The notes under the pieces: generated by a model
What the model was told of the DNA's origin: nothing
What the model saw: only the letters and a program-made list of their open reading frames with translations
Database searches by the model: none
Translations under genes and position numbers: made by a program
In this document: in pieces, positions 12,578 through 24,792 of the stretch
Layout: every line of letters begins with the position of its first letter
Numbering within the stretch: position 1 is the stretch's first letter
NCBI GenBank assembly: GCA_965644295.1
Contig: CBFFRP010000451.1
Span: 54,937 to 118,936 of the forward strand
Length of the DNA stretch: 64,000 nt
Direction of reading: 5' to 3'
DNA from: Paraphysomonas bandaiensis
Taxonomy: Eukaryota; Protista; Chrysophyceae

Positions 12578-15500
12578 ATGTTTCCGGGTCTCTCTGATTT
12601 ATCCCCTCTGAGGGCGGTTGAACTGCATCGTCGACGGTTATCAACCCCCTCATGGGTTGATTTTATAGTCATTTTAACTCTATGTTTGATTATGTTTTAT
12701 CTGTTGCGGGTATTAATGAATATGAGCAAAGCATGGACCAAGTAAGTGCACAGCCCATACATATACATACATACATGCATCATCTCTTCATATGGCGACA
12801 TGTATATGTAACCACCAATTGTGGTATCTGTATAGAGACACCCATATATCTTTATATGAATAGATGCTCTGTGTTAAAGTTAAATAATTCTTTCTTTTAG
12901 AAAAATGATGAAACGAATAAAAGATGCTATGAAGGAGAGAGCTATGATGAGCGATAACTTTCGTGCACTGAATGGGTATTCCTGGGATTACGTTCTCGTG
13001 TTTAAAGTGTTTAAGAAAGGCGACAAGCTGTCACCTAAACAAAAAGAGTTCACTTTCAAAAAAATTCTAAGCGCCTTTGCAGATGGAGGATTGGAGACTA
13101 AAGTTTTCTACAGCGCTCAGGTATGTTGTCAAGAATGTCAAAAATTTGCGGCACTTCTGACTTAGTGTACGTTCTGACAGGCCGACGAGGTGTATATGAA
13201 AGTTAGAGCCCCATTGCATAGACTTGAGAAGGAAGCGGATCGAATTGATATGAAGCTTAAGCTTGATTCTGATACACTGCGGGCTCTTTGCAAGGCTGGA
13301 CGCTGCAGGGGACAGGAGGTACTGGTGATTTGTGATTATTTGTATTAAATGGTTGGTGTAAAATACGGTTTGTGTTAGTTAAACTAAGCTGTTAAAGCAT
13401 GTTTTGACGTATTTAACCGTTCAGGAACTTTGGGGCCCTGTGGATATTCCTGACACCTGTGTAGAGACTGACCTGGACCCTTATGACTATATGTACGCCA
13501 GATACTGCTATAAAAGGGACGATATGAGCGGTCTTTACCTTCAAAGAGACAGCAAGTCCCCATTCAGGGGAGTGGACCGCTTGAAGCTCCTCTACAGCAT
13601 TATGGTGGCCAAATCCTACGAAGGCGGCTGCAATGTAGACATATATAAGCTTATCAAAGACAAGTGCTTATTGGGATTTTTCCCTCTGCACGACCATGTT
13701 GAGCTACGAACGCTGGAAGAGAAATGGCTACGTTTTTGTGCTTTGCCTTGGAATCAGCCGGTTGACGACATCAAAGATTACTTCGGAGAGAAAATTGGAT
13801 TATACTTTGTGTGGCTAGGGCACTACACCTCGTGGTTGTTGGTAGCTGCGATTGTTGGATTCTTTTGTTGGATCAACGTTGCATCTGAAGATAATGATCC
13901 CAATGCAGTTATTATGCCCTACTTTGCTGCATTTATGGCATTTTGGTCGACATTATTCTTGGAGTACTGGAAGCGAAAAGAGTCGACCACTGCTATGAAG
14001 TGGGGCACCACAGGGTACGAGGCTCAAGAGCAATCCCGCCCTCAGTTTGAGGGGACTCGACAATTGTCACCCATCACCGGAAAGTTCTATCTATACTTTC
14101 CGTATTCAGCCAAGATGCGTAGAGTTGCACATTCAGTTGTGATCATCAGTGGGTTTGTATTGGTGGTTGTTGCCGCAGTAGCTAGCATATTTGTTCTGAA
14201 ACTTACCCTGACACATATGAACGAGATGACCCAGGGTGGAATTGGATTTGGAGGTATTGTTGCATCGATAGCAAATGCTGTGGTGATTCAAGTTATGAAC
14301 GCCATCTACGGTGAAGTAGCGATTAACTTGACGAACTTTGAGAACCACCGCACTGATACCGAATACGAGGATGCCCTTATTTCGAAAACTTTTATTTTTC
14401 AATTTGTCAACTCGTATGCCCCGCTGTTTTATATCGCTTTTGTGAAACCCTTTATACCTACTATTGACTCCTGCATTGGAAGGTTGGTATATGTTTTAGC
14501 AAATAGATGGTACTGACCTGTGTTCATTTGTATTCACATTAGTTGTCTTGGCGAGCTTCAGACAAATTTGGGAACTATATTTTTAACACGCCTTGCCGTC
14601 GGAAATATCACAGAGGTGTGTTCCAGTATTGTGTCATACAACATTTATCAACTGTCGTCTGTCAGGTTGCCCTTCCTGCGTTCCAAAGCAAGCAAAGTTT
14701 GAAGGCGCAAGGTGCAGGGTCGGATATTGAGATGTCGGAAGTGGAAAAGGCATTCTACCAGGTAGGTGCAGCTCGTCATGCTTGTATCGTTGTGTTGTGC
14801 TAATATATACACTATATTTTAAAGAAAGAGTATCACGTGATGCTTGGAACATTTGAGGACTATGCCGAGATGGTGATTCAGGTATGATGCTATTCACCGA
14901 TGTGCTGTGCTAACTGTATATGGCATAGTTTGGGTATACGACCATGTTTGTTGCAGCTTTCCCACTTGCCACAGTGATGTCGTTTGTCAACAACTACATC
15001 GGTAAAGATTTGCTCCGTTGGTGGTGCTATTGTTTTACGTGTGCTTATCAGAGATTCGAGTCGATGCTTGGAAGCTTTGTCAAGTGTGTCGCCGACCTGA
15101 GCCGCGTTCTGCAGAAGATATTGGCACATGGTATTGTTCAACTGTGCACGTAGCAAATGCATTTATATCACTCTTCAATATCATGTATGTAATCGTGTGT
15201 TGCTAATCTATTTTGTATCCTAGGCAAACTATTTTAGAGGTGATGACTCTGTTCTCCGTGTTAACAAACTCTGCTTTGGTGGCTTTCACTGGCACATTTG
15301 CTGTCGATGAGCCATGGGTTGGACGAGTGTGGATATTTTTCTCTATGGCTGCAGGCATCATCATGTATGTATCTAACTCATGATATTTCAGCACTAATGC
15401 GCGGTATTCAGGGTGAATTTCTTTATTGGTTTGGTTGTTCCAGATATCCCCACTGAAACTGTGATTCAGGTATGTCAAAAGCTTTTCTTGCATATGTTCT

Positions 15501-15842
15501 GTATATATATTGTTACTTTTTCGTTCCACATATTACGTCGTTGGTATTGTGTAATTGCTAATAACTTTGTCTTATATATGAATGCTTACGCGCTGCTGTG
15601 TAGCTCGAACGTTTGGATTACATATCTGCGAAAATCTTGGACAACGTCAGGGTAGGTTATACTGTATAATTAATAATGATTTCCTTATGCTGTTTTGCTA
15701 GGATGAAGAAGACGAAGATTTTTCGAAAGATATATCTACGGACTTGGACTATACAATTCGGTATGTGGCGATACATTTCGTATGTCGCTGTTTTCTAATG
15801 GCGACTGTGTGTTACAGGGTGACGGATGATGATCCCTTGTAG
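12578..15842 (+). CDS. Anoctamin/TMEM16 family protein (paralog B), multi-exon
   Basis: It has the same motif set as paralog A (QPVDDIKDYFGEKIGLYF, ENHRTD, FVAAFPLA, IRVDAWKL, AEDIGTW). The ATG is at 12578 and the gene ends VTDDDPL* with TAG at 15840-15842. Confidence 0.92.
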
Positions 15843-16505
15843 GCAGTGATGCAAGTTTAGGTGTAATACAGCCTCGAAATAAGTGATGATGTGTTAAATT
15901 TACGACCAATAATGCCAAGAATAAAAAACTAATTAATCATTTGGCATTTTGTTGCAAACTGTACCTATACTTCGCCTCATTGTATGTTTCTAGAAGTATA
16001 TTTTTATACTTGAGAGTACACTCTGATGTACCTATTACCGTTTTATCGAACATTTAGAATGATGTATTGCTCAGTGATCAGTGCTGAATAAATAAATAAA
16101 GCGTCGTTCTGGAATATTACAAATTGAAATACATAGTACAAAATACAAAACCCAAGGCTGCCGTTGAATAATAACAGGTTTCATATATATTCAAAATTCA
16201 AAGATTATTAAATATTTTATTTTATTGTAGTTTGATGAAAGCAAGGAAGGAAATAGTTCGGATACGGTTTGGGATGGTGATGTTGCTTACGGATGATGCG
16301 TGACCCTAGGGATTAGGGATGGCATATAGTAAAAATACTTAATAAGCTTAAATATTTACTCAATATAGCGCGCTGGAGCATCTACAAATACTGCCCTCAA
16401 TGAAGTAGGCCCCTCAAAACGTCTAGGTAGAATAAGCATAACCATAATTATAAGACCAGTTATTAACTACAAGCACTGACACAAGTTGTTGTAAACATGA
16501 ATAGC

Positions 16506-17908
16506 TTATTTTGCTGCTTTCTTTGAAGTGGATCCACCGCCACCACTGCGTTTACGTTTTCCTGTGATTTAATAACATGATAATTCATACAAATCAAGCA
16601 TATACACGCCAGACAGTGATATACTCAGATATACATTTTACAAATCATGAATATAACAGGAACAATGTGTATCTGATACAACAGTAGCAATATTACACAG
16701 TCAACGAAAGGAGGACTAATATATGATACAAATAATGTGATAATCGATTTTCGAATACCTTTGCTATCAGCAGGCCCACAGGACTTGATATACGCCGCTA
16801 CCTGCATCACCAGTACATGAATATATATACGACATCAAAAATATAGCACTGCCCTCGAATCGATAACACGAATAGCTTTCACCTACCTCGTGAAAGCAGG
16901 TGGGTGACAGGAAGTCTATATTAACCAATGCTTCTTCTGAGCCCTCAATATTGTCCTGTGAACGCGTACAACGGTGTTACTGAAGGTGGCGTTAAAGTAT
17001 ATTCCTAATTATGTGGGTATAATGACACTCCTAGGCAACATCCATCGCGTTTTGTGAGCAACAGAGGTATCCTTACCCTGGTAACCGCACGAGGACAGCT
17101 CTTCTCTATGACAGTTAATATTCTTCCCAACTGGGCGGGCTCTGCACACAGAGTGCGTTATAATGGCCACGTCAATACGAATAAGCGAGTGTGGTAATAA
17201 AAACAGTACTCCGTGATGTGACACAGACGACTTCAATAACGTACCTATTTTAAATAAATCATAACTCATCTGAATTTTTTCATCCATGGAGGGAATTCGG
17301 TCTGGATCGTTACTGTCAAAGCCATGTTTACTACGTAGCTAGTACAACAAGTCAATAAGTCGTCGCTAATGGCGTGGTAGAACAACACCTCTGCATATTT
17401 CTCCTCGAAAGTTTTCGCAAAAGTGTCCGCTAGATGATAATACTCACTTCCGTCCTGTATAAAATAACAGTGAGACGAAATGCCCGTATAACTGGGAGCT
17501 GTGCACCTGGTTATAAGTCATGCAGTTCGTCCATATAAGCCGCATGTCTCTCGCAGCCTCATCAATCGACTTGTACATATTCTTCTGCAGCTTTCTCTGC
17601 ATGAATACAACACACACATCAATACACACACACTCACATATACACACACATCAATACACACACATATACACTCATATACACATATGCTCATATATATACA
17701 CATACATACATCATCATCAGCACATCACTCTCACCTTAAGTGTCCCTAAATCCATAGGCTGCTTGACAATATCAGGATAGTCGAGTAGGCCGATAGCCTC
17801 CCAGTCAACAGGCTCTCTAAAGGGATCTGCGTCTGGTTTGGCTAATAGACCATAGACGATCTTAAGGAAGTCATCAAACGCTGCTTTAATGTTGGCAGGA
17901 GTGCTCAT
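16506..17908 (-). CDS. Single-bromodomain + ET-like domain protein (BET/GTE-like), multi-exon
   Basis: The bromodomain reads [43 protein letters not shown]. Spliced downstream exons give [37 protein letters not shown] (ET-like), then a basic tail KRKR..KKAAK*. Confidence 0.85.
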
Positions 17909-18709
17909 TGTATGGGTAAGAGTTGTGGGGGCTCACAGTGCCGTGTATGTGTGAGTTGTTTAATAAACACCACGCTACAGGCATGTATGTATGTATATAT
18001 ATGTGTACGTATATACTGCTGTCCATATCATACAGTACTGTACATAGAGCAGTACATAGCTGAGTACTCTGATACGTAGTACCATCAGAGAGTATGGAGG
18101 TACATAGTATCATGTATGGACATGCACTGTATAGATCGTATGTACAACAGTACGTATTATTCTGTAAACGTCAGCGTATTCCTATTCAACACATACATAC
18201 ACGTCCATCGTACATATACACGTCCATACTGGTATGATATACAGCGTCACATGCCGTTGAAAATGATCGTACTCTACACGTACACATACACGTATATATG
18301 TATGTATGTATGTATCATCCCAGTTGCATGTACATGCACAGTACACGTATATCCCCATATATAAACACATCAACAACCTCCACATGCACTATACTCTTGC
18401 AGTCATATATACTATTCAAGTCTCATTGTAGATTCACTAACTCATACTCTAATAAGTCACTGTTGACACATCTTCTTCCTTTGAATATTTACTGAGGTGT
18501 GATATCTAGCTGTTACATCTGCCGTTGAGTGCCTCTATATATACATACGTACATACATACACACATATATATATGGTATTGTTGCATTGCTATACGTATC
18601 TCTGTATATATATCATACGACTATCTGTATATATATAACTAACAGTGTCACTTGTTTTAATGAGTGTATTCTTCTGCAGGTTGCATCAACAGGCTCTCCA
18701 TACACGAAC

Positions 18710-19839
18710 ATGTCAACTAAAATGAGCACTGATTTAAATATTGGTAACTGATGCTAGTTAAAAGTATGATATATATTTTTAATTCGTGTACAGAGCGGTC
18801 ATCCACACGCCGACACGCCCCCCCTGGAGGCAATTCTTCCATATGCTTTGGAGATTCTGCCGAGGATGTTCCGAAGGCACCAGTTGGAAAAAAGCATCAA
18901 ACTTCAAGCGGGTCCTCTTCGATAAAGTTTGGGGACAGTGAACCACCAGAACAGCGAGTCCACACAGCCAAGAAAATGCACGGTGGGGGGACCACTTCTA
19001 TTCATCTGGGTGATGCTCCTCAGACTGGAACCGAACAGGTTCATACTGCCAAGAAGCATGTCGCTGGAGGGGCTTCAAGTATATCATTTGGGGATTCTGG
19101 AGCTATCGAGAAGCAATTTTGTGGCAAGAAGCATGTCGAGGGTCATGGTGGGAAATCATCTGTGGCGCTAAGTGATAACGCCCCTGTTGACCCCCCCCCA
19201 CTTGGCAGGAAACATGTCCCCGCCACGAACACAACTTCTTCTATATTCCGGCTTGACAACGAGCCAGAAGCATCCCCTTCCCCTATTCACACGGCCAAAA
19301 AATACGGAAACGGTGGTGGGTCCACTATTTCCCTAGGAGAATCAGAGCCAGTTTTGGAGCGTCCTAATACTGGACGAAAGCACGTGCCGGGAAGCAATTC
19401 CGCTACAAGCATTTCTTTTGGTGACAGTGAGCCCCCACCTGATCCGGCAAATATCCACACCGCCAAGAAGCAGTCAAGCGTAATTAAGTCCTCTATATCT
19501 CTCTCCGATGATGCGCCAGTGGAGAAGGTTCATGTTGCCAAAAAGCAGCATGCGAGGGGAGGTGCATCGTCTCTGACTTTTGGTGCTGGGGAACCAGAGA
19601 GACCTACAACTGGAAGAAGACATGCCGCTCCGACCCAAGCTGCAATGAGTGATGTCTTCAATCATGACTCCGCACCTTCGCCTGTTGAGAACAAGCCTGC
19701 CAATCAGCGGGCCCAAATCTCATCAAACTCCAGTCAGATGTCGGCCACTCTTACCAGGTCTGATGCACCTACGCAGGAGGCTCCGTCACCAGGACGCCGC
19801 AAGACTGCTGGGGGAGCGTCGTCCATTGTGCTGGGATAG
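18710..19839 (+). CDS. SPIRAL1/Jupiter(HN1)-like PGG-motif repeat protein, putative microtubule-associated
   Basis: The ATG is at 18710, with an intron at 18744-18793. There are about 11-12 repeats of (T/G)xKKH..GGxSSIx(F/L)GD, and the first, STRRHAPPGGNSSICFG, closely resembles the SPR1/Jupiter motif. Confidence 0.6.
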
Positions 19840-20285
19840 TTTCAATTCGCAACGTCACTACACGCCCTAGTGAATGCTTAACATACCATTGCTCGTCAGT
19901 ATCAAGTAGTGTGGAATTTCATGTTTTACAGTTGAATTCTTCTATATTCCGTAATACCTCTAATAAGTATTTGTGTATCAGTTGCCGTTTATTATAAGGT
20001 ATCTGTGCTGCCACACTTTGATATGTATGTAGTTATCTTACAAGAGTAGTACTATTGGACCACTTAACCACGAAACGTAGTCAATTTTAGTTTTGTTATA
20101 ACCCTGAAGGATATGACAGACACCAATACTACTTTACAACTTGCACTAACACGTAACACATATCTTCGAAATAGACAATTCGTAGGATGGTTTAAGTAAA
20201 TAGCTGAGCAGAAAGTATGCTCAATAATCAATTTATTAACTGCAACATAAACCCGGAAGACAATAACCAACCGCACAATGACAGG

Positions 20286-20520
20286 TGCCCCATTCTGAGC
20301 GCGTACTTAGGTAGATCCGGGTGGGTATGTAACGTTATTTGCTAGCTACCTACTGAACTCAACTAGCTACATCATTATCACACGGTATTCAGCGCTGAAT
20401 ATGCAGTGAAAACCCAGGTGGGGAACCGCTGAACTAAGCAATGTGTACATAGGTAGAGGTGCGCGGTCGCGGCACTAGAGAGCCGCACGCAGTGATTAGT
20501 TACGGTGTCAGTATGGGGCA
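20286..20520. mobile_element. MITE-like element, TGCCCCAT family, copy 1 (complete)
   Basis: Imperfect TIRs TGCCCCATTCTGA ... TCAGTATGGGGCA. Further copies lie at 23452-23539, ~24793-25035 and (diverged, partial) ~20865-20933. Confidence 0.75.
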
Positions 20521-20845
20521 CATCCAGTTTCTAACGCAGCTGTCAACATCGAAATCTACGGGGCTCCATCCCTGAGGGTACAGGGGATCACTTACTTCAG
20601 TTGTGTCATCCCAGATTCCGTGGAAGTCGTATGTCATTAAGGTAAATTCTGACAAGACTTGTTGAAAGTAGGGTACATCGTACCGGTCAATCTGCTCTGG
20701 GTCACAAGAAAAGCAGCAGTGAGGCCATATTTCTTGCCTGTGATGGATGAGAGTGTGTCTACATTACTTCGACCTTCACTTATTAGCAAACTGAAGTTTT
20801 CAGTGCTCTCTGTAGCTCTGTAGTATCCCTGCTCCAGTCCGAGAG
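20521..20845 (-). pseudogene. GH18 chitinase gene fragment (frameshifted)
   Basis: Manual translation gives TENFSLLISE..TGKKYGLTAA, a 1-nt frameshift near 20710, then CDPEQIDRYDVPYFQQVLSEFTLMTYDFHGIWDDTTEVSDPLYPQGW..DVDSCVRNWM. LMTYDFHGxW is the GH18 signature. It is not in the ORF track. Confidence 0.8.
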
Positions 20846-20930
20846 AGTTCTTAGGTGGGGTCAGGCGGTGGGTCTAACTAGCTGCGCACTGAACCCAAGT
20901 AGCCACATCATTATCACAACTCTCAATTCA

Positions 20931-21390
20931 GCGTATCGGCATCTTTAGTGTATTTTTTTTCAAAGATGCCTCTAATATTGAGTCAATAATTATCTGTAAT
21001 ACTGACGTAGTTGTGTCGCAGTTATATAGAAGATATTTACTTCAATTTGTTTCCGAAAAAGTAAGATGCTGACTGCCCATACGGGCAAATCTTTAATTGC
21101 TTCTTCGTTGGTTTCCTTTTCACAAAACCCGGATATTTTTGACATGCTTTTCTCATCTCTGATTGGTGCAGATTTAGATTCATTTTTTTTTATGTTCTTT
21201 TTTCATGTTTTTGTCATCACTCTCAAGTACCCGCTCAAGATACCATCTCCTTTGTATATTTTTGTTCCAAGATGCCTCTATTATTGAGTCATCAATTATA
21301 TGTATTCCAGCTGTAGTTGTATGGCAGTAATATAGAGTATATTTGATTCAATATATTTCCGAAAAAATAAGATGCTGACTGCCGATACGC
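20931..21390. mobile_element. MITE-like element, CGTATCGGCA family, with two internal direct subrepeats
   Basis: Perfect 11-bp TIR: GCGTATCGGCA (20931-20941) and TGCCGATACGC (21380-21390). There are two ~145-bp diverged direct units (20941-21083 and 21245-21388). The family recurs at 1944-2227. No clear TSD. Confidence 0.65.
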
Positions 21391-21505
21391 ATATCTTTTC
21401 CATCTCCAGTTCCAAGAGTTGTCCAATGCAGAGGGACATCCATGCACCTCATGCACCTCATGCACCTCATTATCTCACCTTATATTCTCTATTAAAGAAT
21501 CTCCA

Positions 21506-23365
21506 ATGATGCAATTGTCAGAGGTTTTACGAAGTGATTTCGGCTGGTGTAGTCGCATGATGCCGACGAAAGATGGAGTGCGGAATCTGCATACTCTTAA
21601 TGCCCAATTGAAGGAGCAAAATAAGTTGCCATATAATGAAATGACGGCAGAACGTTGGCTTGGAGAGATAGATGAGGATATCATGTTCTTCGATCTTAAG
21701 AATGGCGGAAAGCAGCGAAAACTAAATATGCAAGATCGTGCGAATAAATTGTTAAAGCATGTTCTGATGGACGAACGCATTACAACCATTACATACATGG
21801 ATGGACACGGGCGCTTAACTTATACTCTTCTTCGTTCTTTGCTCTCAATGTCACGTGAAGAACGACGTCGAAATATCAAATTGCGTGTGATTGACATTGA
21901 TGAGCATGTGCACGTGTGGCATGAAGAATTCTTCCCTACTTCTGTAGAAAGAGTTCACAAAGACATCTACAAACTAGATCCAAAATTCTATTCCGATAAG
22001 AATTATTTCTATTTTAACTTCTGTGGCATTGGAGGTAGGGACAGGATTACGGAGTTTATGAACTTCATAGCGTCTGAAAAGTTTCGAGCTGCTTCCAGGT
22101 GCTTCATGATGTCACTCTCCACAAGGGGATACGGATCACCAAAAGTGGATTCCGAGACTTTTAACGTAAATCCTTTGTTCTCTGCGACTGATATTACACC
22201 TCCCTCTCGCAAATTTATGACATTTCTATTTGTGCGAAGCGATGCAAACCACTTGAGCCTCACTCATACCACACAAGTTTCATCAGCATCTACTCCCACT
22301 CGTTCTTCAGCCGCTTCGGCGGGCCAGCATGACCTGATACGTGAGTTGGATGGTCTGACCTCCTTAGATGACTTAATAAAGTTCGCAAAAATGCACACTC
22401 CTGAAGTCAAAACTAATATTGGAGGTTGCAGTCGCCGAACACTCGCGGACATCAAGAAAGACATCAGGGGTGAATTGCAAAACAGAGCTGGAACGCACGC
22501 TTCGCCTGTAGGTGTCACGCAGTGCATGAGCGGGGATAAACCTGCCAAGTCCAATGACATTGTTACTGCCTCACCCGTTTCTCATTCCTCGGCCACTTCG
22601 GCGGGCCAGCACGACCTGATACGTGAGTTGGATGGTCTGACCTCCTTAGATGACTTAATAAAGTTCGCAAAAATTCACACTCCTGAGGTCAAAACTAATA
22701 TTGGAGGTCGCAGTCGCCGAACACTCGCGGACATCAAGAAAGACATCAGGGGTGAATTGCAAAACAGAGCTGGAACGCACGCTTCGCCTGTAGGTGTCAC
22801 GCAGTGCATGAGCGGGGATAAACCTGCCAAGTCCAATGACATTGTTACTGCCTCACCCGTTTCTCATTCCTCGGCCACTTCGGCGGGCCAGCATGACCTG
22901 ATGCGTGAGTTGGATGGTCTGACCTCCTTAGATGACTTAATAAAGTTCGCAAAAATGCACACTCCTGAAGTCAAAACTAATATTGGAGGTCGCAGTCGCC
23001 GAACACTCGCGGACATCAAGAAAGACATCAGGGGTGAATTGCAAAACAGAGCTGGAACGCACGCTTCGCCTGTAGGTGTCACGCAGTGCATGAGCGGGGA
23101 TAAACCTGCCAAGTCCAATGACATTGTTACTGCCTCACCCGTTTCTCATTCCTCGGCCACTTCGGCGGGCCAGCATGACCTGATACGTGAGTTGGATGGT
23201 CTGACCTCCTTAAATGACTTAATAAAGTTCGCAAAAATGCACACTCCTGAAGTCAAAACTAATATTGGAGGTCGCAGTCGCCGAACACTCGCGGACATCA
23301 AGAAAGACATCAGGGGTGAATTGCAAAGACCACTTGCAGGAGTAGCGCGACAGTTATTCCCATAA
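21506..23365 (+). CDS. Intronless protein: putative SAM-dependent methyltransferase-like domain + four 94-aa tandem repeats with a helix-extended-helix-like module
   Basis: The ORF is open from 21419, with the first ATG at 21506. Rossmann-like motif order: ITYMDGHGR, LRVIDID, HKDIY, FYFNFCG. The 282-bp repeat units are in register at 22321, 22603, 22885 and 23167. The fold call is inference. Confidence 0.55.
   Translation: MMQLSEVLRSDFGWCSRMMPTKDGVRNLHTLNAQLKEQNKLPYNEMTAERWLGEIDEDIMFFDLKNGGKQRKLNMQDRANKLLKHVLMDERITTITYMDGHGRLTYTLLRSLLSMSREERRRNIKLRVIDIDEHVHVWHEEFFPTSVERVHKDIYKLDPKFYSDKNYFYFNFCGIGGRDRITEFMNFIASEKFRAASRCFMMSLSTRGYGSPKVDSETFNVNPLFSATDITPPSRKFMTFLFVRSDANHLSLTHTTQVSSASTPTRSSAASAGQHDLIRELDGLTSLDDLIKFAKMHTPEVKTNIGGCSRRTLADIKKDIRGELQNRAGTHASPVGVTQCMSGDKPAKSNDIVTASPVSHSSATSAGQHDLIRELDGLTSLDDLIKFAKIHTPEVKTNIGGRSRRTLADIKKDIRGELQNRAGTHASPVGVTQCMSGDKPAKSNDIVTASPVSHSSATSAGQHDLMRELDGLTSLDDLIKFAKMHTPEVKTNIGGRSRRTLADIKKDIRGELQNRAGTHASPVGVTQCMSGDKPAKSNDIVTASPVSHSSATSAGQHDLIRELDGLTSLNDLIKFAKMHTPEVKTNIGGRSRRTLADIKKDIRGELQRPLAGVARQLFP
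22311..23326 (+). repeat. Coding tandem repeat, 282-bp period, ~3.6 near-identical copies
   Basis: GGGCCAGCA recurs exactly 282 bp apart four times, with only a few substitutions between copies. Confidence 0.95.
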
Positions 23366-23451
23366 GCCTTATCACTGTATTGGTTGCTTAAGGTTTAAAT
23401 GAAGTTTCTCAAGTACAATAAGTAAATATATACGTTGTTATTAATCATGCT

Positions 23452-23539
23452 TGCTCCATTCTGAGCGCGTACTTAGGTAGAACCGGGTGGGTACCTAACT
23501 AATGCACGCAGTGGTTAGTTACGCTGTCAATATGGGGCA
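23452..23539. mobile_element. TGCCCCAT-family MITE, internally deleted copy
   Basis: TGCTCCATTCTGAGCGCGTACTTAGGTAG ... GCACGCAGTGGTTAGTTACGCTGTCAATATGGGGCA matches both ends of 20286-20520. Confidence 0.75.
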
Positions 23540-23885
23540 CCCCCCAGTCCCTATATACAATATAGTAGTAGCTGTTGTCAATTAGGAAGAGACCTTACAA
23601 AGAGTGCTCTTGCTTCTGCGGAAGGCTTTGTTGTCTCGTGGTGCACTCACACCGTTACTGAAGTTCGAAGTGAACGAACAAAGTAAATCAGTGCCCAATG
23701 CAACAGCTACATTATTGTAAAGTGTGTGATAATATATAGTTATTATTTTTAACGAAAGTGCGTTTCATTTTCATTATTTAGCCCCATATTGCTCAACCGT
23801 TTTGCATTTAAATCATCGTTGGGTCTCAGAAAAAGTATCTGTAGGTACTTTATTGATTAAATCTCATGGTACCTATTAGGAACGT

Positions 23886-24008
23886 CAGGGACTGGTAACC
23901 ATTAATGGCCCATTAATGGTAGTCCAGTTCCCGGCAATTATATTGACATTAATGAAAATGTCCCGGAAACTATAATGCCATTACCATTTTAACGGTTACC
24001 AGACCCTG
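23886..24008. mobile_element. Short hAT-like MITE (123 bp)
   Basis: TIR CAGGGACTGGTAACCATTAA versus the reverse complement of the right end CAGGGTCTGGTAACCGTTAA (18/20). The 8-bp flanks are only partly similar (AGGAACGT/AGAAGCTT). Confidence 0.65.
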
Positions 24009-24792
24009 AGAAGCTTGTCTAGTCTCTGTAGGTACATTCTACCTATCTAGTAGTGAATGTCGGTTTATTAGAAATATGCATTTAAGAGTCAGAAGCAATT
24101 TAGCAGTTACTTGAACGACCTAATCTAAGAGCTAGCTGAGCATCTCTTTGTAACTAACTAGAGCACGAACCCTGATATCCTACTATTGAAAGTCTAGGTT
24201 GAGATGGATATAAGAACGACTAGGTTTAATAATTGGCTAGAGGTTGAGTCAAAGCAATATAAGTCATTTATTTGACTAGTAGGTTGAATAATATATCTCG
24301 TTAGTCGTTAGCTATATGCACAGGGGGTGATAACAATATATTGCAATATACTGCCCGCAAAAGTAAAAAATAATAATAATATTTTCAAGACCAAATTGTA
24401 TGAAAGAGATGACGGCTGAATAGTTTGGAACCGTATACTGTACAGTAATAGTTTTGTATAAAATAGTTTGGGCGGATATGGCGATCACTTTACTGGCATC
24501 TTGCTTATTGCTGTTTAGAGTGGCATGCTCTTACATACCACAAGAGAAACATATTTGTACGAGGATGACAGCACCAATATAAACAGTTCGGAGTTTATTA
24601 TTTTGTGAATAGCTTGCCAATGACAGTACAAATTAAAATATCGAACATGAATAGCGTTCTTCGCTGCAGGTATCTTGATATGAAAAGTTATGTGATTATG
24701 AAGAGTAATTTATGATTAATCAAATATATTTTTCAAGGCACACTAGCATGAGCAATATATATCAATATATTGCAATTCGTGACGGGTGGGGG

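Noticed and set aside
16290-16320. CCCTAGGGATTAGGG as an interstitial telomere seed
   Set aside because: There is no tandem array. It shares words with 56915-56965 and is more likely a decayed dispersed repeat.
21475-23124. Antisense ORFs over the MTase-like gene, and similar antisense ORFs over other genes
   Set aside because: These are shadow frames of real coding sequence with no independent motifs.
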